Positions 34,571 to 44,000 of a stretch of 52,184 nucleotides of DNA are shown here, in pieces; the first letter of the stretch is position 1, and each line of letters starts with the position of its first letter. Origin of the DNA: a virus (lineage: Duplodnaviria; Caudoviricetes). Both the position numbers and the translations under genes were made by a program. The stretch is taken from IMG/VR virus record IMGVR_UViG_3300017706_000575, positions 1-52,184 of that record; one strand, written 5' to 3'. The notes under the pieces were generated by a model. That model did not search any database. It saw only the letters and a program-made list of their open reading frames with translations, and was not told the origin of the DNA.

Positions 34571-36802
34571 ATGATTCCAACTAACTCCAGCACAACTACA
34601 AATGGTTGTGATAATATATCATCCAATTGTGTTATTTGGCAGGGGCCAGATATTGCTTGTATAGATCTTTGCCATGGAGATACTGTAAGTGACGTAATTG
34701 CAAAATTAGCTACTGAACTTTGTGATCTAATTACAAATGGTGTTATTGCAAATCCAAGTTTGGAAGGGTTAGACCTTACCTGTCTTAACATTCCTGGCAT
34801 AACTCCAACAACTTTAGTTCCTGTTTTACAGGCAATGATTACACAAATTTGTAAAAATGAAGTGTCGTCACAATCTGATGATGGTAGAAAAACACAAGTA
34901 CAAGCAGATTTGCCAGTACTTACTTTACCAGGTTGTTTAGAATATGATGATGCTAATGGTAATAGAGTTACAGAATTACGCTTAGATTTATTTGCACAAA
35001 AAACTGCACAGCAAGTATGTCTCAATCTTGCAGATATACAAGCTGCTCAAATTACGTTAGCTTCACACGGACAAGACATTGCTGAATTACAAGCATGTGT
35101 TCTTCCATGTGATGGTGGGGTAGTAGAAGCACAAATAGTACCAACTTGTGTTAGTACTGTAGGAACTTTAACAAATGTCTCTACAGTTTTATTAGCATTA
35201 GAAATTAGATTTTGCGCATTAGAAAATGCTGTTGGATTACCTTCAGTAATTAATAGTGCTATATCTCAATCTATTATTACAGGATCTTATATTACTTTAA
35301 CTAACAATGCAGTTAGTTATGGTTCTATAACAGGATGGAATAATAGCACTACAAATTTAGCTCAAAGCATGCAAAACGCATGGGTAGTTATAGATGATAT
35401 GTATAGTGCTATTACAAATATTAAAAATAATTGTTGTCCATCAGGATGTGATGGTGTAACATTTGGATATACAACTACTAACATACTTTCAAACGGAGAG
35501 ATTACAGGTTTAAACTTTAATTTCCAAGGATCTACAATACCTGCAGCGTTTAATGATTGTGCAGGAAGCACAGTTATTACAATTACAGATGTGTCTAATA
35601 ATGTTATTACACAAACTGTTAATGTGAGTTCTTTACAAACAGTTTCAGGTGGAATAAATGTTTCTTTACCTACAATAAATACCAATCAAGATTTTACTGC
35701 TAGTGTAGCATTTTGTGTAACAGATGGAGCTGACACATGTTCAGATACTATATTATCAACAATAAATGGAGTACTAGCTTGTCCTCCAACTATTACTGTA
35801 ACACAAATTTCAGGTACAGGAGCAACAGTTTCTTTTGTTAATTTAATTGGAACGACAGCAGTATATACAATTGATATATTAGATCCATCTAATAATGTTG
35901 TTGGAACATTTGTACAAAATTCTCCAGGAACAAATGTATCTCATGTTTTTACAGGTTTAATACCTGGAACTACTTATACTGTTAGGCTTACTGTTGCTCA
36001 AGGCGGTGCAACCCAAGTATGTCCTAATACACAAGCATTTAGCACATTAACTGCAGATGCAGATTGTGACCAAGGAATGGATGTAGCATTTATAGTAGAT
36101 TATTCTGGTAGCATGGGTACTGATATTAATGCTATTAAAAGTGGTATAGCAGGTGTTACTTCAACTATTATAAATGAATCTTCTCCTAATGATTATAGAT
36201 TAAGTTTAGCATTAGCAGATGAGGGACCTACATCAGTACCAAATTATAATACATCCGTTAGTTATGTAGCATTACCTGCTGCACAAAAAGTTATTAATAC
36301 GGGCTCTTCCTCTTTTCAGTTTATTACTGCAATGGAAAAATTTGCAACTAATAATGTTACAACATTTACAGCTCAATTAAATAAAATAAATACAGGTGCT
36401 CCAACTGCAGATATGCCATTGGGTAGCGGTGTAGGTATACCTGAACCAGTAGATATGGCAATTGGTTTGACAGTAGAAGCTAATCAATTTTTAGGAGCAT
36501 TTAGATCGGGTGTTGCTAAATATTTAATTATTATAACTGATGCTTTACCAAGTGGAGATGATGATACATTTGATGCAAGTGATGTTTCTAGATTGAATTC
36601 ATTACAAGTGACATGTTCATTAGCAGGAATTAAATGTTTTGTTTTAGGAGGTGGAGTTAATCAAACATTTACCCAAGGTGGTGTTACCACATATCCATGG
36701 AGGAGTTTTGCTCTAGGAACTGGAGGTAATTGGAATGTTAGTCCATCACCTGCTTCAATTTCTACTGAAATAGTAAACGGTTGTGCACCACCTGCACCAT
36801 AA
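34571..36802 (+). CDS. Cys-rich virion protein with Fn3 and von Willebrand A domains
   Basis: FTGLIPGTTYTVRL (Fn3); MDVAFIVDYSGSM MIDAS motif, FRSGVAKYLIIITDALP (VWA). Confidence 0.75.
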   Translation: MIPTNSSTTTNGCDNISSNCVIWQGPDIACIDLCHGDTVSDVIAKLATELCDLITNGVIANPSLEGLDLTCLNIPGITPTTLVPVLQAMITQICKNEVSSQSDDGRKTQVQADLPVLTLPGCLEYDDANGNRVTELRLDLFAQKTAQQVCLNLADIQAAQITLASHGQDIAELQACVLPCDGGVVEAQIVPTCVSTVGTLTNVSTVLLALEIRFCALENAVGLPSVINSAISQSIITGSYITLTNNAVSYGSITGWNNSTTNLAQSMQNAWVVIDDMYSAITNIKNNCCPSGCDGVTFGYTTTNILSNGEITGLNFNFQGSTIPAAFNDCAGSTVITITDVSNNVITQTVNVSSLQTVSGGINVSLPTINTNQDFTASVAFCVTDGADTCSDTILSTINGVLACPPTITVTQISGTGATVSFVNLIGTTAVYTIDILDPSNNVVGTFVQNSPGTNVSHVFTGLIPGTTYTVRLTVAQGGATQVCPNTQAFSTLTADADCDQGMDVAFIVDYSGSMGTDINAIKSGIAGVTSTIINESSPNDYRLSLALADEGPTSVPNYNTSVSYVALPAAQKVINTGSSSFQFITAMEKFATNNVTTFTAQLNKINTGAPTADMPLGSGVGIPEPVDMAIGLTVEANQFLGAFRSGVAKYLIIITDALPSGDDDTFDASDVSRLNSLQVTCSLAGIKCFVLGGGVNQTFTQGGVTTYPWRSFALGTGGNWNVSPSPASISTEIVNGCAPPAP

Positions 36803-36827
36803 TTAGAAAATAAAATAAAATATAAAA

Positions 36828-37385
36828 ATGGCATGTAATTGTACAAAATGTAGTACCAAATGTAGTTGTTCAGACACTGCATTAACTAATCCATGTACTT
36901 ATACTGATTGTAGTGTGGGCAGTGAGAGGTGTGAAGATATTCAGTGTGCTGAATGTGTAAGTTATTGTGGAACATCTTTTCAAATAGGAACTCCTGAATC
37001 TTTATTATTAATAACTAAAGGTGAAAGGTTAGATTCTATTATTCAAAAGTTTGCTATGATCTTAGCTAATGGTTTGGGTCCTTGTACAAGTGATGATATG
37101 CAACATGATCCATATAACGTATTTGCAGGTTTAATTACTAGTAATACAGCAAATATATTATGGAATGGAACATGGGCATCTAGTTTAGGTATAGATATTT
37201 ATTATGATACGCAAGTAGCTCCAACAGGTTGGACATTAGCAAATCCATCCCCAATTGCAACTACAATATTTAATTATACAATAACAAATTTAACTGCTAG
37301 TACAGCATATAAAGTAAAAGTAGTAGATACAGAGAACACTGGTTGTGAACCAATTGAACTTCTTTTTTCTACTTTAGCTGTATAG
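36828..37385 (+). CDS. Cys-rich protein with C-terminal Fn3 domain
   Basis: MACNCTKCSTKCSC...; YTITNLTASTAYKVKV. Confidence 0.7.
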   Translation: MACNCTKCSTKCSCSDTALTNPCTYTDCSVGSERCEDIQCAECVSYCGTSFQIGTPESLLLITKGERLDSIIQKFAMILANGLGPCTSDDMQHDPYNVFAGLITSNTANILWNGTWASSLGIDIYYDTQVAPTGWTLANPSPIATTIFNYTITNLTASTAYKVKVVDTENTGCEPIELLFSTLAV

Positions 37386-37401
37386 TCATTTATAAAAAAT
37401 A

Positions 37402-37443
37402 CAACAGAAGTGATAGTTTGTTGGTTTTCTATCACAAAAGTTG
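37402..37443 (+). ncRNA. candidate sRNA hairpin with UUUGUUGGUUUU loop
   Basis: CAAC..GTGATAG-TTTGTTGGTTTT-CTATCAC..GTTG immediately before a terminator. Confidence 0.45.
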
Positions 37444-37444
37444 G

Positions 37445-37475
37445 AGAGGTTCCTTTCAGGAGCCTCTTTTTTTTT
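37445..37475 (+). terminator. intrinsic terminator
   Basis: AGAGGTTCCT-TTC-AGGAGCCTCT followed by T-run. Confidence 0.85.
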
Positions 37476-37489
37476 AATAATTAATTCAT

Positions 37490-37497
37490 TATATTTG
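37490..37497 (+). promoter_or_regulatory. Bacteroidota-type -7 element TATATTTG
   Basis: Between the terminator and ATG 37519. Confidence 0.5.
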
Positions 37498-37518
37498 GTA
37501 AATTTAAAAACTTTTGGT

Positions 37519-38742
37519 ATGGAAGATATTAAACAGAAGGTAATCAATTCATTACGTTGGAAAAAGAGTACTGCTGTATCTGCTAGGCGATGTAATATGA
37601 CTGAAGAAGAATACATCAAAGTCAAAAAACAAATCTTTAAAGACAGAAAATCCAAGAGAAAAAAATCATTATTTTTTAATAAAGTTATAGATAATGCACA
37701 GATTACTGAGGCAATAGATTTAGAAAAAGGTGAAGGTAAAATATCAGGTACATTTGATCATGAACCTAAAAGTGCAGAAGAAATAATTCAGTTATTAAAA
37801 ATAGATACTGACAGATGGAAACTATCTCAGTATTGGAATAAACAAATGAGTGATCACTGGAGAGTATCAGCATTAGTAAGTCAAATTAAAAATCCAGAAG
37901 AAAAATTATTTCAAGACCTTCTTAAAAATTGGAAACCTAAAAAACATAAGATAACAAATAGCAGATTGGGAAATAAATCTTTTAATGATCCCCATTGTGC
38001 AGTTATATCTCTTCAAGATATACACTTTGGTAAAGAGGGTAATGATACTATTGATAAAGATTTTGAAGACACAATTAAAAATTTAGTTCAACGAGCTAAT
38101 GCTATTCACTATATTGAAACAATGTATTTTGTTGTAGGAGGTGATTTAATGAACATGGATACCTTTACTGGAACAACTACAGGAGGAACACCTGTAGATA
38201 ATTGTATGACTGCCACAGAAGCTTATATGCAGGCATTTGATGCAATGCATTGGGCAGTAACATATATTAAATCTTTTTGTGATAAATTGGTAGTGGTATA
38301 TATTCCAGGAAATCATGATAGGCTTTCTTCTTTTCATTTAGCTCATGCACTTTCAAAGTCAATAGAATGTGATAAAATAACTTGGGATGTAAAATATGAA
38401 GAAAGAAAAGTTCATGTTTGGCATAACAACTTTAATGCTTTTGAGCACGGAGATAAACGTAGCAAAAATAATCCTTTAATATATGCATCAGAATATCCTG
38501 AGCAATGGGGTAGCACTACAAATAGAACTTTATTTAAAGGCCATATACATACAGATAGAAAGGTAGAATATATGACCTCTAATGAGACAGCAGGTTTTAT
38601 AGAAAAAACTTTACCTAGTCTGGGTAAAACTGATTACTATCATTATAGCAATAAATTTGTAGGCAATAGAAGATCAGGAAAGTTAGAGATCCAGCATCCT
38701 ACAATGGGTAATATATGTGTATTAACTCATCAAGCCCTATAA
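37519..38742 (+). CDS. calcineurin-like metallophosphoesterase (start re-called at 37519)
   Basis: DIHFGK, GGDLMNMD, PGNHD, EHGD, GHIH motifs; ORF-track TTG start at 37441 overlaps the terminator region. Confidence 0.85.
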   Translation: MEDIKQKVINSLRWKKSTAVSARRCNMTEEEYIKVKKQIFKDRKSKRKKSLFFNKVIDNAQITEAIDLEKGEGKISGTFDHEPKSAEEIIQLLKIDTDRWKLSQYWNKQMSDHWRVSALVSQIKNPEEKLFQDLLKNWKPKKHKITNSRLGNKSFNDPHCAVISLQDIHFGKEGNDTIDKDFEDTIKNLVQRANAIHYIETMYFVVGGDLMNMDTFTGTTTGGTPVDNCMTATEAYMQAFDAMHWAVTYIKSFCDKLVVVYIPGNHDRLSSFHLAHALSKSIECDKITWDVKYEERKVHVWHNNFNAFEHGDKRSKNNPLIYASEYPEQWGSTTNRTLFKGHIHTDRKVEYMTSNETAGFIEKTLPSLGKTDYYHYSNKFVGNRRSGKLEIQHPTMGNICVLTHQAL

Positions 38743-38744
38743 TC

Positions 38745-38779
38745 AGACCAATTAAATTTCATTAAGTGGTCTTTTTTTT
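38745..38779 (+). terminator. intrinsic terminator whose T-tract overlaps the next promoter motif
   Basis: AGACCA..TTAA...TTAA.TGGTCT followed by T-run. Confidence 0.65.
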
Positions 38780-38796
38780 GTAAATTATAAATATAA
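38777..38796 (+). promoter_or_regulatory. late-promoter motif variant TTTGTAAATTA-N4-TATA
   Basis: One mismatch to consensus; directly upstream of ATG 38801. Confidence 0.55.
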
Positions 38797-38800
38797 CTGT

Positions 38801-39364
38801 ATGATAAACAATTTTAAAAAACCTGATTTAACTGCCTCTAGATACAGAGAAAAGAGATTGGGTTTATTAAATGAAGAAACAATAAAGGAATTTAAGGAAA
38901 AAAAGCCTTTGTATTCTAATATTGACAATGATAAATTAAAAAAAATAATTAAACTATATAATGTAAAATTATGGAGAGCTGTTATTGAGTTTAGAGATGG
39001 AGTTGAATTACCTGATTCATTAGGTTATTTATTTATAGGAACGTGCTCTGCCTCTAAAACAATAAACACTAATTATAAATTATCTAATCAATATGGAAAA
39101 GTATTACAAAATAAGAATTGGGAGACTGATGGGAATTTAGGAAAAATATTTTATACAAATTGGTCAACAAAGTACAGATATAAAAATAGAGAGCTATGGA
39201 GATTTGTAGCATGTAGAGAATTTAAAAGAGCAGTGGCAAAAGAGTATCCGGCAAATTGGACAAAATATGTTACTATGAAAAACAAATATAGAGTTGCTCA
39301 TTTATATGATAATACAGAACAATCAAAAGAAGCTTTGAAGAATTATAATGAATTTGAAACATAA
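38801..39364 (+). CDS. IHF/HU-like protein preceding tail genes
   Basis: IIKLYNVKLWRAVIEFRDGVELPDSLGYLFI...WRFVACREFKRAV; matches crAss order IHF-like, tail tubular, tail stabilisation. Confidence 0.6.
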   Translation: MINNFKKPDLTASRYREKRLGLLNEETIKEFKEKKPLYSNIDNDKLKKIIKLYNVKLWRAVIEFRDGVELPDSLGYLFIGTCSASKTINTNYKLSNQYGKVLQNKNWETDGNLGKIFYTNWSTKYRYKNRELWRFVACREFKRAVAKEYPANWTKYVTMKNKYRVAHLYDNTEQSKEALKNYNEFET

Positions 39365-39370
39365 ACGAAA

Positions 39371-40042
39371 ATGTCAACAATAGCACAAACAATATCAAGA
39401 ATTAGAGGTCAGGTTAAAGCTGAAGTTCAAGATGCTTTTGTTACAGATAGATATATTTATAGTTTAATAGAAAAGTTTGCTCAAGTATTAATGAGAAGAC
39501 AAGACTATGCTAATAAACTTATGAAGTTCAATGCTGTATGGAAAGCCTTACCTTATGTTGAGTTAATAGATGTAGATAAGATAGAAGCTGGATGTTCTGG
39601 AATCCAAAGTGGTTGTACAATAAAACGTACAAAACTTAGATTACCATCAATGATTGAAGGCTACTGGGGACCGCTTATACGTACTGTAAGCTCTATAGAT
39701 GGTTCTCAAGAGCTTCAAGCAACTCAACCGGGTACATATACTTCAATGACTAAAACCACGTCATTTAAGTACAATACAACAAGATATTTTTGGTGGCTAG
39801 ATGGATATATATATTCTCCTAATATAGAATGGGATGCTTTAAAAATAGAAGGTGTATTTAATTCTGACATTACTAAATGGAATTGTGATGAGGAAGACGA
39901 TTGTACACCACGTTATGAACAACCAATTTATATTCCAGAAGCATTATTTGCAGAGATTGAACAACAAGTTATAAATGTTATGATGAATACTATGAAAATT
40001 CCTGCAGAAGATTCAGATAACAAAATTAATATTAATAGATAA
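39371..40042 (+). CDS. tail ring / tubular protein
   Basis: DAFVTDRYI, IKRTKLRLP, YFWWLDGYIY; position. Confidence 0.6.
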   Translation: MSTIAQTISRIRGQVKAEVQDAFVTDRYIYSLIEKFAQVLMRRQDYANKLMKFNAVWKALPYVELIDVDKIEAGCSGIQSGCTIKRTKLRLPSMIEGYWGPLIRTVSSIDGSQELQATQPGTYTSMTKTTSFKYNTTRYFWWLDGYIYSPNIEWDALKIEGVFNSDITKWNCDEEDDCTPRYEQPIYIPEALFAEIEQQVINVMMNTMKIPAEDSDNKININR

Positions 40043-40998
40043 TGGGAGTATCAAATAAATATAGAACCTTTACCTCATTGATGGAAGATGTTTCTATTGA
40101 TTTTTCTACATATGCGTTAGAAGGATTAATTGAACCACAGCAACTTATTAAAGTAGCAACAAGAGTTAACTATGATCTTGGATTGAGAATACATAGAACT
40201 AAAGAAGTTATTATTGATATTGAACATGGAAGAGGTCAATTGCCCATGGATTTTGCATATTTAAATTATGCATTTTTATGTGGTGATTATAAGATTAATG
40301 CAACAATGCCATCAGGGACACATGTAGAAACATTTAATGATGTCCCATATGTGCCTGCTCCTGGTGAGTCTGGACCTTGTGATGATCCAAGTTGTAAAGA
40401 CGTTTGTGTAATTGAAACATGTGATGGCAAAAATAGCCATCAGCTAGTTCAAAGAATAGGACCCAATCAGTTTAGAACTTTTGATACATGGACTCAATTA
40501 AGGATTCAAGATGTTAATGATACAGTATGCTATTGTCCTGCATTGGGTGCACAGGCACCTGATATTGCACAAATAGAAGATGGTTTTTTAGTTACAACAT
40601 TTAGAACGGGAAAGGTATATTTAAGTTATCAAGGAGCTATGGAAGCACCTAATGGTGACTTGTTAGTATTAGATCAACCATATTGCAATGAATATTATGA
40701 ATATGCTTTAAAACAAAGAATATTAGAAAACATGATTTGGCAAGGAGAAAGCGTTAGTCAACAGTTAGGTTTAGTTGAGACTAGATTGAGGGCGGCTAGA
40801 AACAATGCTTTAAGTTTTGTTAATACACCAAACTTCCAGGAAATGCAAAAAGTGTGGACTATGAATAGAAGAGCACAGTACCATAATTATTATAACATGT
40901 TTTTAAGTTACGCACCAGTAAATCCAAGAGTGGCTCCAATAAGAGGTAACTCATTATCTGGATCTAATAGTGGTAGCAATGTAACATCATCATGCTAA
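40042..40998 (+). CDS. tail tubular / ring protein (P22 gp4-like in crAss phages)
   Basis: IDIEHGRGQLPMDF, GFLVTTFRTGKVYLSYQG..LLVLD; directly upstream of the tail stabilisation gene. Confidence 0.65.
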   Translation: MGVSNKYRTFTSLMEDVSIDFSTYALEGLIEPQQLIKVATRVNYDLGLRIHRTKEVIIDIEHGRGQLPMDFAYLNYAFLCGDYKINATMPSGTHVETFNDVPYVPAPGESGPCDDPSCKDVCVIETCDGKNSHQLVQRIGPNQFRTFDTWTQLRIQDVNDTVCYCPALGAQAPDIAQIEDGFLVTTFRTGKVYLSYQGAMEAPNGDLLVLDQPYCNEYYEYALKQRILENMIWQGESVSQQLGLVETRLRAARNNALSFVNTPNFQEMQKVWTMNRRAQYHNYYNMFLSYAPVNPRVAPIRGNSLSGSNSGSNVTSSC

Positions 40999-41015
40999 TA
41001 AAGAAGTAATTTATT

Positions 41016-44000
41016 ATGGCTAAGCAAAATAGAAACTCTAAGACAAGTACATCTGTAATTACTAATTCATTCATAAAAGGAATGAATAAAGATATTACAC
41101 AGTCTATGGAACCAGCACAAAGTTGGTGGCATGCACGTAATGCTGCTAATAATTCTACAGATGGTGACTTAGGTGTAATAGGTAATGAGCCTTCTAATTT
41201 GCAATGTGGAGTTATTCCATATACAATTATTGGTGCAATACATAGATTTGGTGATGAATGGATAATTTATTCAACTGATGATGTTAATTCTGAAATTGGC
41301 AGATTTGATGATAGTGAGTGTAAGTATACAACTATTGTAAATGACCCTTGTTTAAATTTTAACAGAAAATATTTAATTACAGGTGCAGCAAAAGAAAACT
41401 TTGATTGCACTTGGGCAGTATATTGGGATGATGGAAATAATCCATCACGTTATCTAAATGTTGATGATGTTCCTTATAAGCAATATATAAGTTCTGCTCC
41501 AGGAGATCCTTGTATAGTATATAGTGATATAGAACCAAAAGAATTAGACTGTGAAAAAATAAGATTAGCTCCTTTACTTGATACACCTTGTATTAGTTTA
41601 ACAAAAAATGTTGATGGGGGAATGCTGAATAATGGTAGTTATCAAGCATTTATTGCATATACAGAAAATGAAATAAAGGTTACAGATTATATAGGTGTAT
41701 CTAATGTTCAATCATTATGGAGTCATGAAGGAAGCGGTGGTTCTTTAGATATTTCAGTTTCTAATTTAGATACTGATTATGAGTTTTATGAGTTGACATT
41801 GTTAATTAGACAACAAGGTCAAGTATTTGCAAAACGTATAGGTTTATATAGTACGCAGCAGCAAAACATAAATGTAGATTTCATTAGTGATGAATTAATA
41901 GCTGTTGATTTAAAGATAATTCCTATGCGTAGCCCTGCTTATGAGAAGTCAGAGGCAATGTATGTTGTTAATGATTATTTAATTAGACAAGGACCAACTG
42001 AACAATTTGATTTTAATTATCAACCTATTGCAAATGAAATCAAAGTAAATTGGGTTGCAAATCAAATAGATTCTCAGTACTATCATATAGGTGGTAACAA
42101 AACAGGTTTTTTAAGAGATGAACAATATGCTTTTTTTATAAGATGGATTTATAACACAGGAGAAAGATCTTCATCATATCACATACCGGGCAGAGCACCA
42201 GAACTATATAATGTTGCAACTCAACAATTTACAAATGTACCAGGCCCTGATGTTTATTATGAAAATGAAAATATAATTAATCCCAATGCATTAAATCCTA
42301 CCGGAGAGCCTTTATATAAAATATTTAATACAGGAGATATACTAGCCCAAGGTTTAAGTGAAGTTCAAGAAGACGGATCTTTAGTTATTGGAAGAGGTAA
42401 AATGGGATATTGGGAATCTACAGAAAGATATCCTATCAACAAACCTGATATATGGGGTGATCTATGCGGTCTTCCTATTAGACATCATAAGATGCCTACT
42501 GAAGAAAGAGGTGGTTCAAATTCACCATTACACATTAGCACTACTGCTGGAGATCTTATAAATTTATTAGGAGTAGAATTTACTAACATAGGCAGACCAA
42601 AAAATAATGATGGATCTTATATTCAAAATGTAGTAGGTTATGAAATATTAAGAGGTTCAAGAGCTGGAGCTAAATCAATTTTGGCAAAAGGTTTATTTAG
42701 GAATATGCGTAAGTACAATGTTCCTAATGCTGAAAATTTAATTGGTGGAAGTGTAACAGGGTTGTATGCTAATTATCCTTACAATGATTTAAGACCTGAT
42801 ATGTATTTTTGGGATAAAATAACACCACCTGGTAATCCATTATTTGAACCACTTAAAAGAACAGAGAGTTGTGACAATCTTACTGAATCAATTCAAGATT
42901 TTCCACCTTTAGGGACTCCAAATTCAGGAACAGATGGCTATTCTAAAAAAGTATTTACATTTTCTTCACCGGATTTAATGTTTACTAAGCCTTTTTTAGA
43001 TGCTTATGAAACTAGAATTTATGGGCAACTAGATGGCAGACAATCAGGTAATTTTATACCATCAGAAGATCATCCACAGTTTAAATTACTTAGGAATAGT
43101 TCAGCACTAATGGGTGCTATTATAGGTATTGGTTATGCTATATCTCAAGTCCGAGGTGAAACATCTGAAGAGATGACTTCATCTAAAATGCGTTATCAAT
43201 CAACTGGTGACTTTGCAGGAATAGCTGCAAATGCTGTAGCTAACAATATAGCAATTGCAGTCCCTCCATTTCCAATACCTGTAGCTGCAGGAGCTATAGT
43301 TGGTATGCAACAAGGAACTTTAGCAGCTGGTCTAGCTGATATATGGGCCTTTGGTGCTGCACAGGGTGGTATAGATAATTTTGTTCAAAATACTAATGCT
43401 GCTGTAGGATTGCTTCCTGGAACAGAGGCAGGTGATTACAAACTTACAATAAAAAGAAATAGCCCGATTTCTAATTTTCCCAATGCATTAAAAGCTGTTG
43501 TAGGTATTTTTACTTCAGGAGCAAACATTGCTATTGGAGGGAATGAAATAATAGATTTGATTTACAATTTAGTTAAAAAATCTAGTTTTGTTTTAAAATA
43601 TAATTCAGCAGGTTTCTTTAATAAATTTAGAAAAAATAACATTAACGATACATTTAGATTTAAAAATACAGATTCTAATTATTTAGGTTCTTCATTTCAA
43701 ACTTTTAATCAAGGTGAATATAAAATAAATAATTTATTTAGACCATCTACAGTTGCTGTTGCATTGGAGAAAGATTTACAAGATCCTGCAGTTCAAGATA
43801 GATCAAGATTTACTGTTGGAGGGGAAGTAGATCTAGGTGGTGGTTCTGGTCAAGCTACTCCTTTTGGAGATACGTATTTAGAAAAGCCTTCTTCTGAAAG
43901 ACAAACTAACATATCTGCTTTTTATGGAGCATTGAAGTTTAATTTTGATAATCAATACGGTCAGTTAAGTGGAATAAAACAAGTTCCAATGAGAGGCTGT

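Noticed and set aside
37441-37518. N-terminal extension of the phosphoesterase from the TTG start
   Set aside because: Overlaps a terminator and a promoter element; ATG 37519 is the better start
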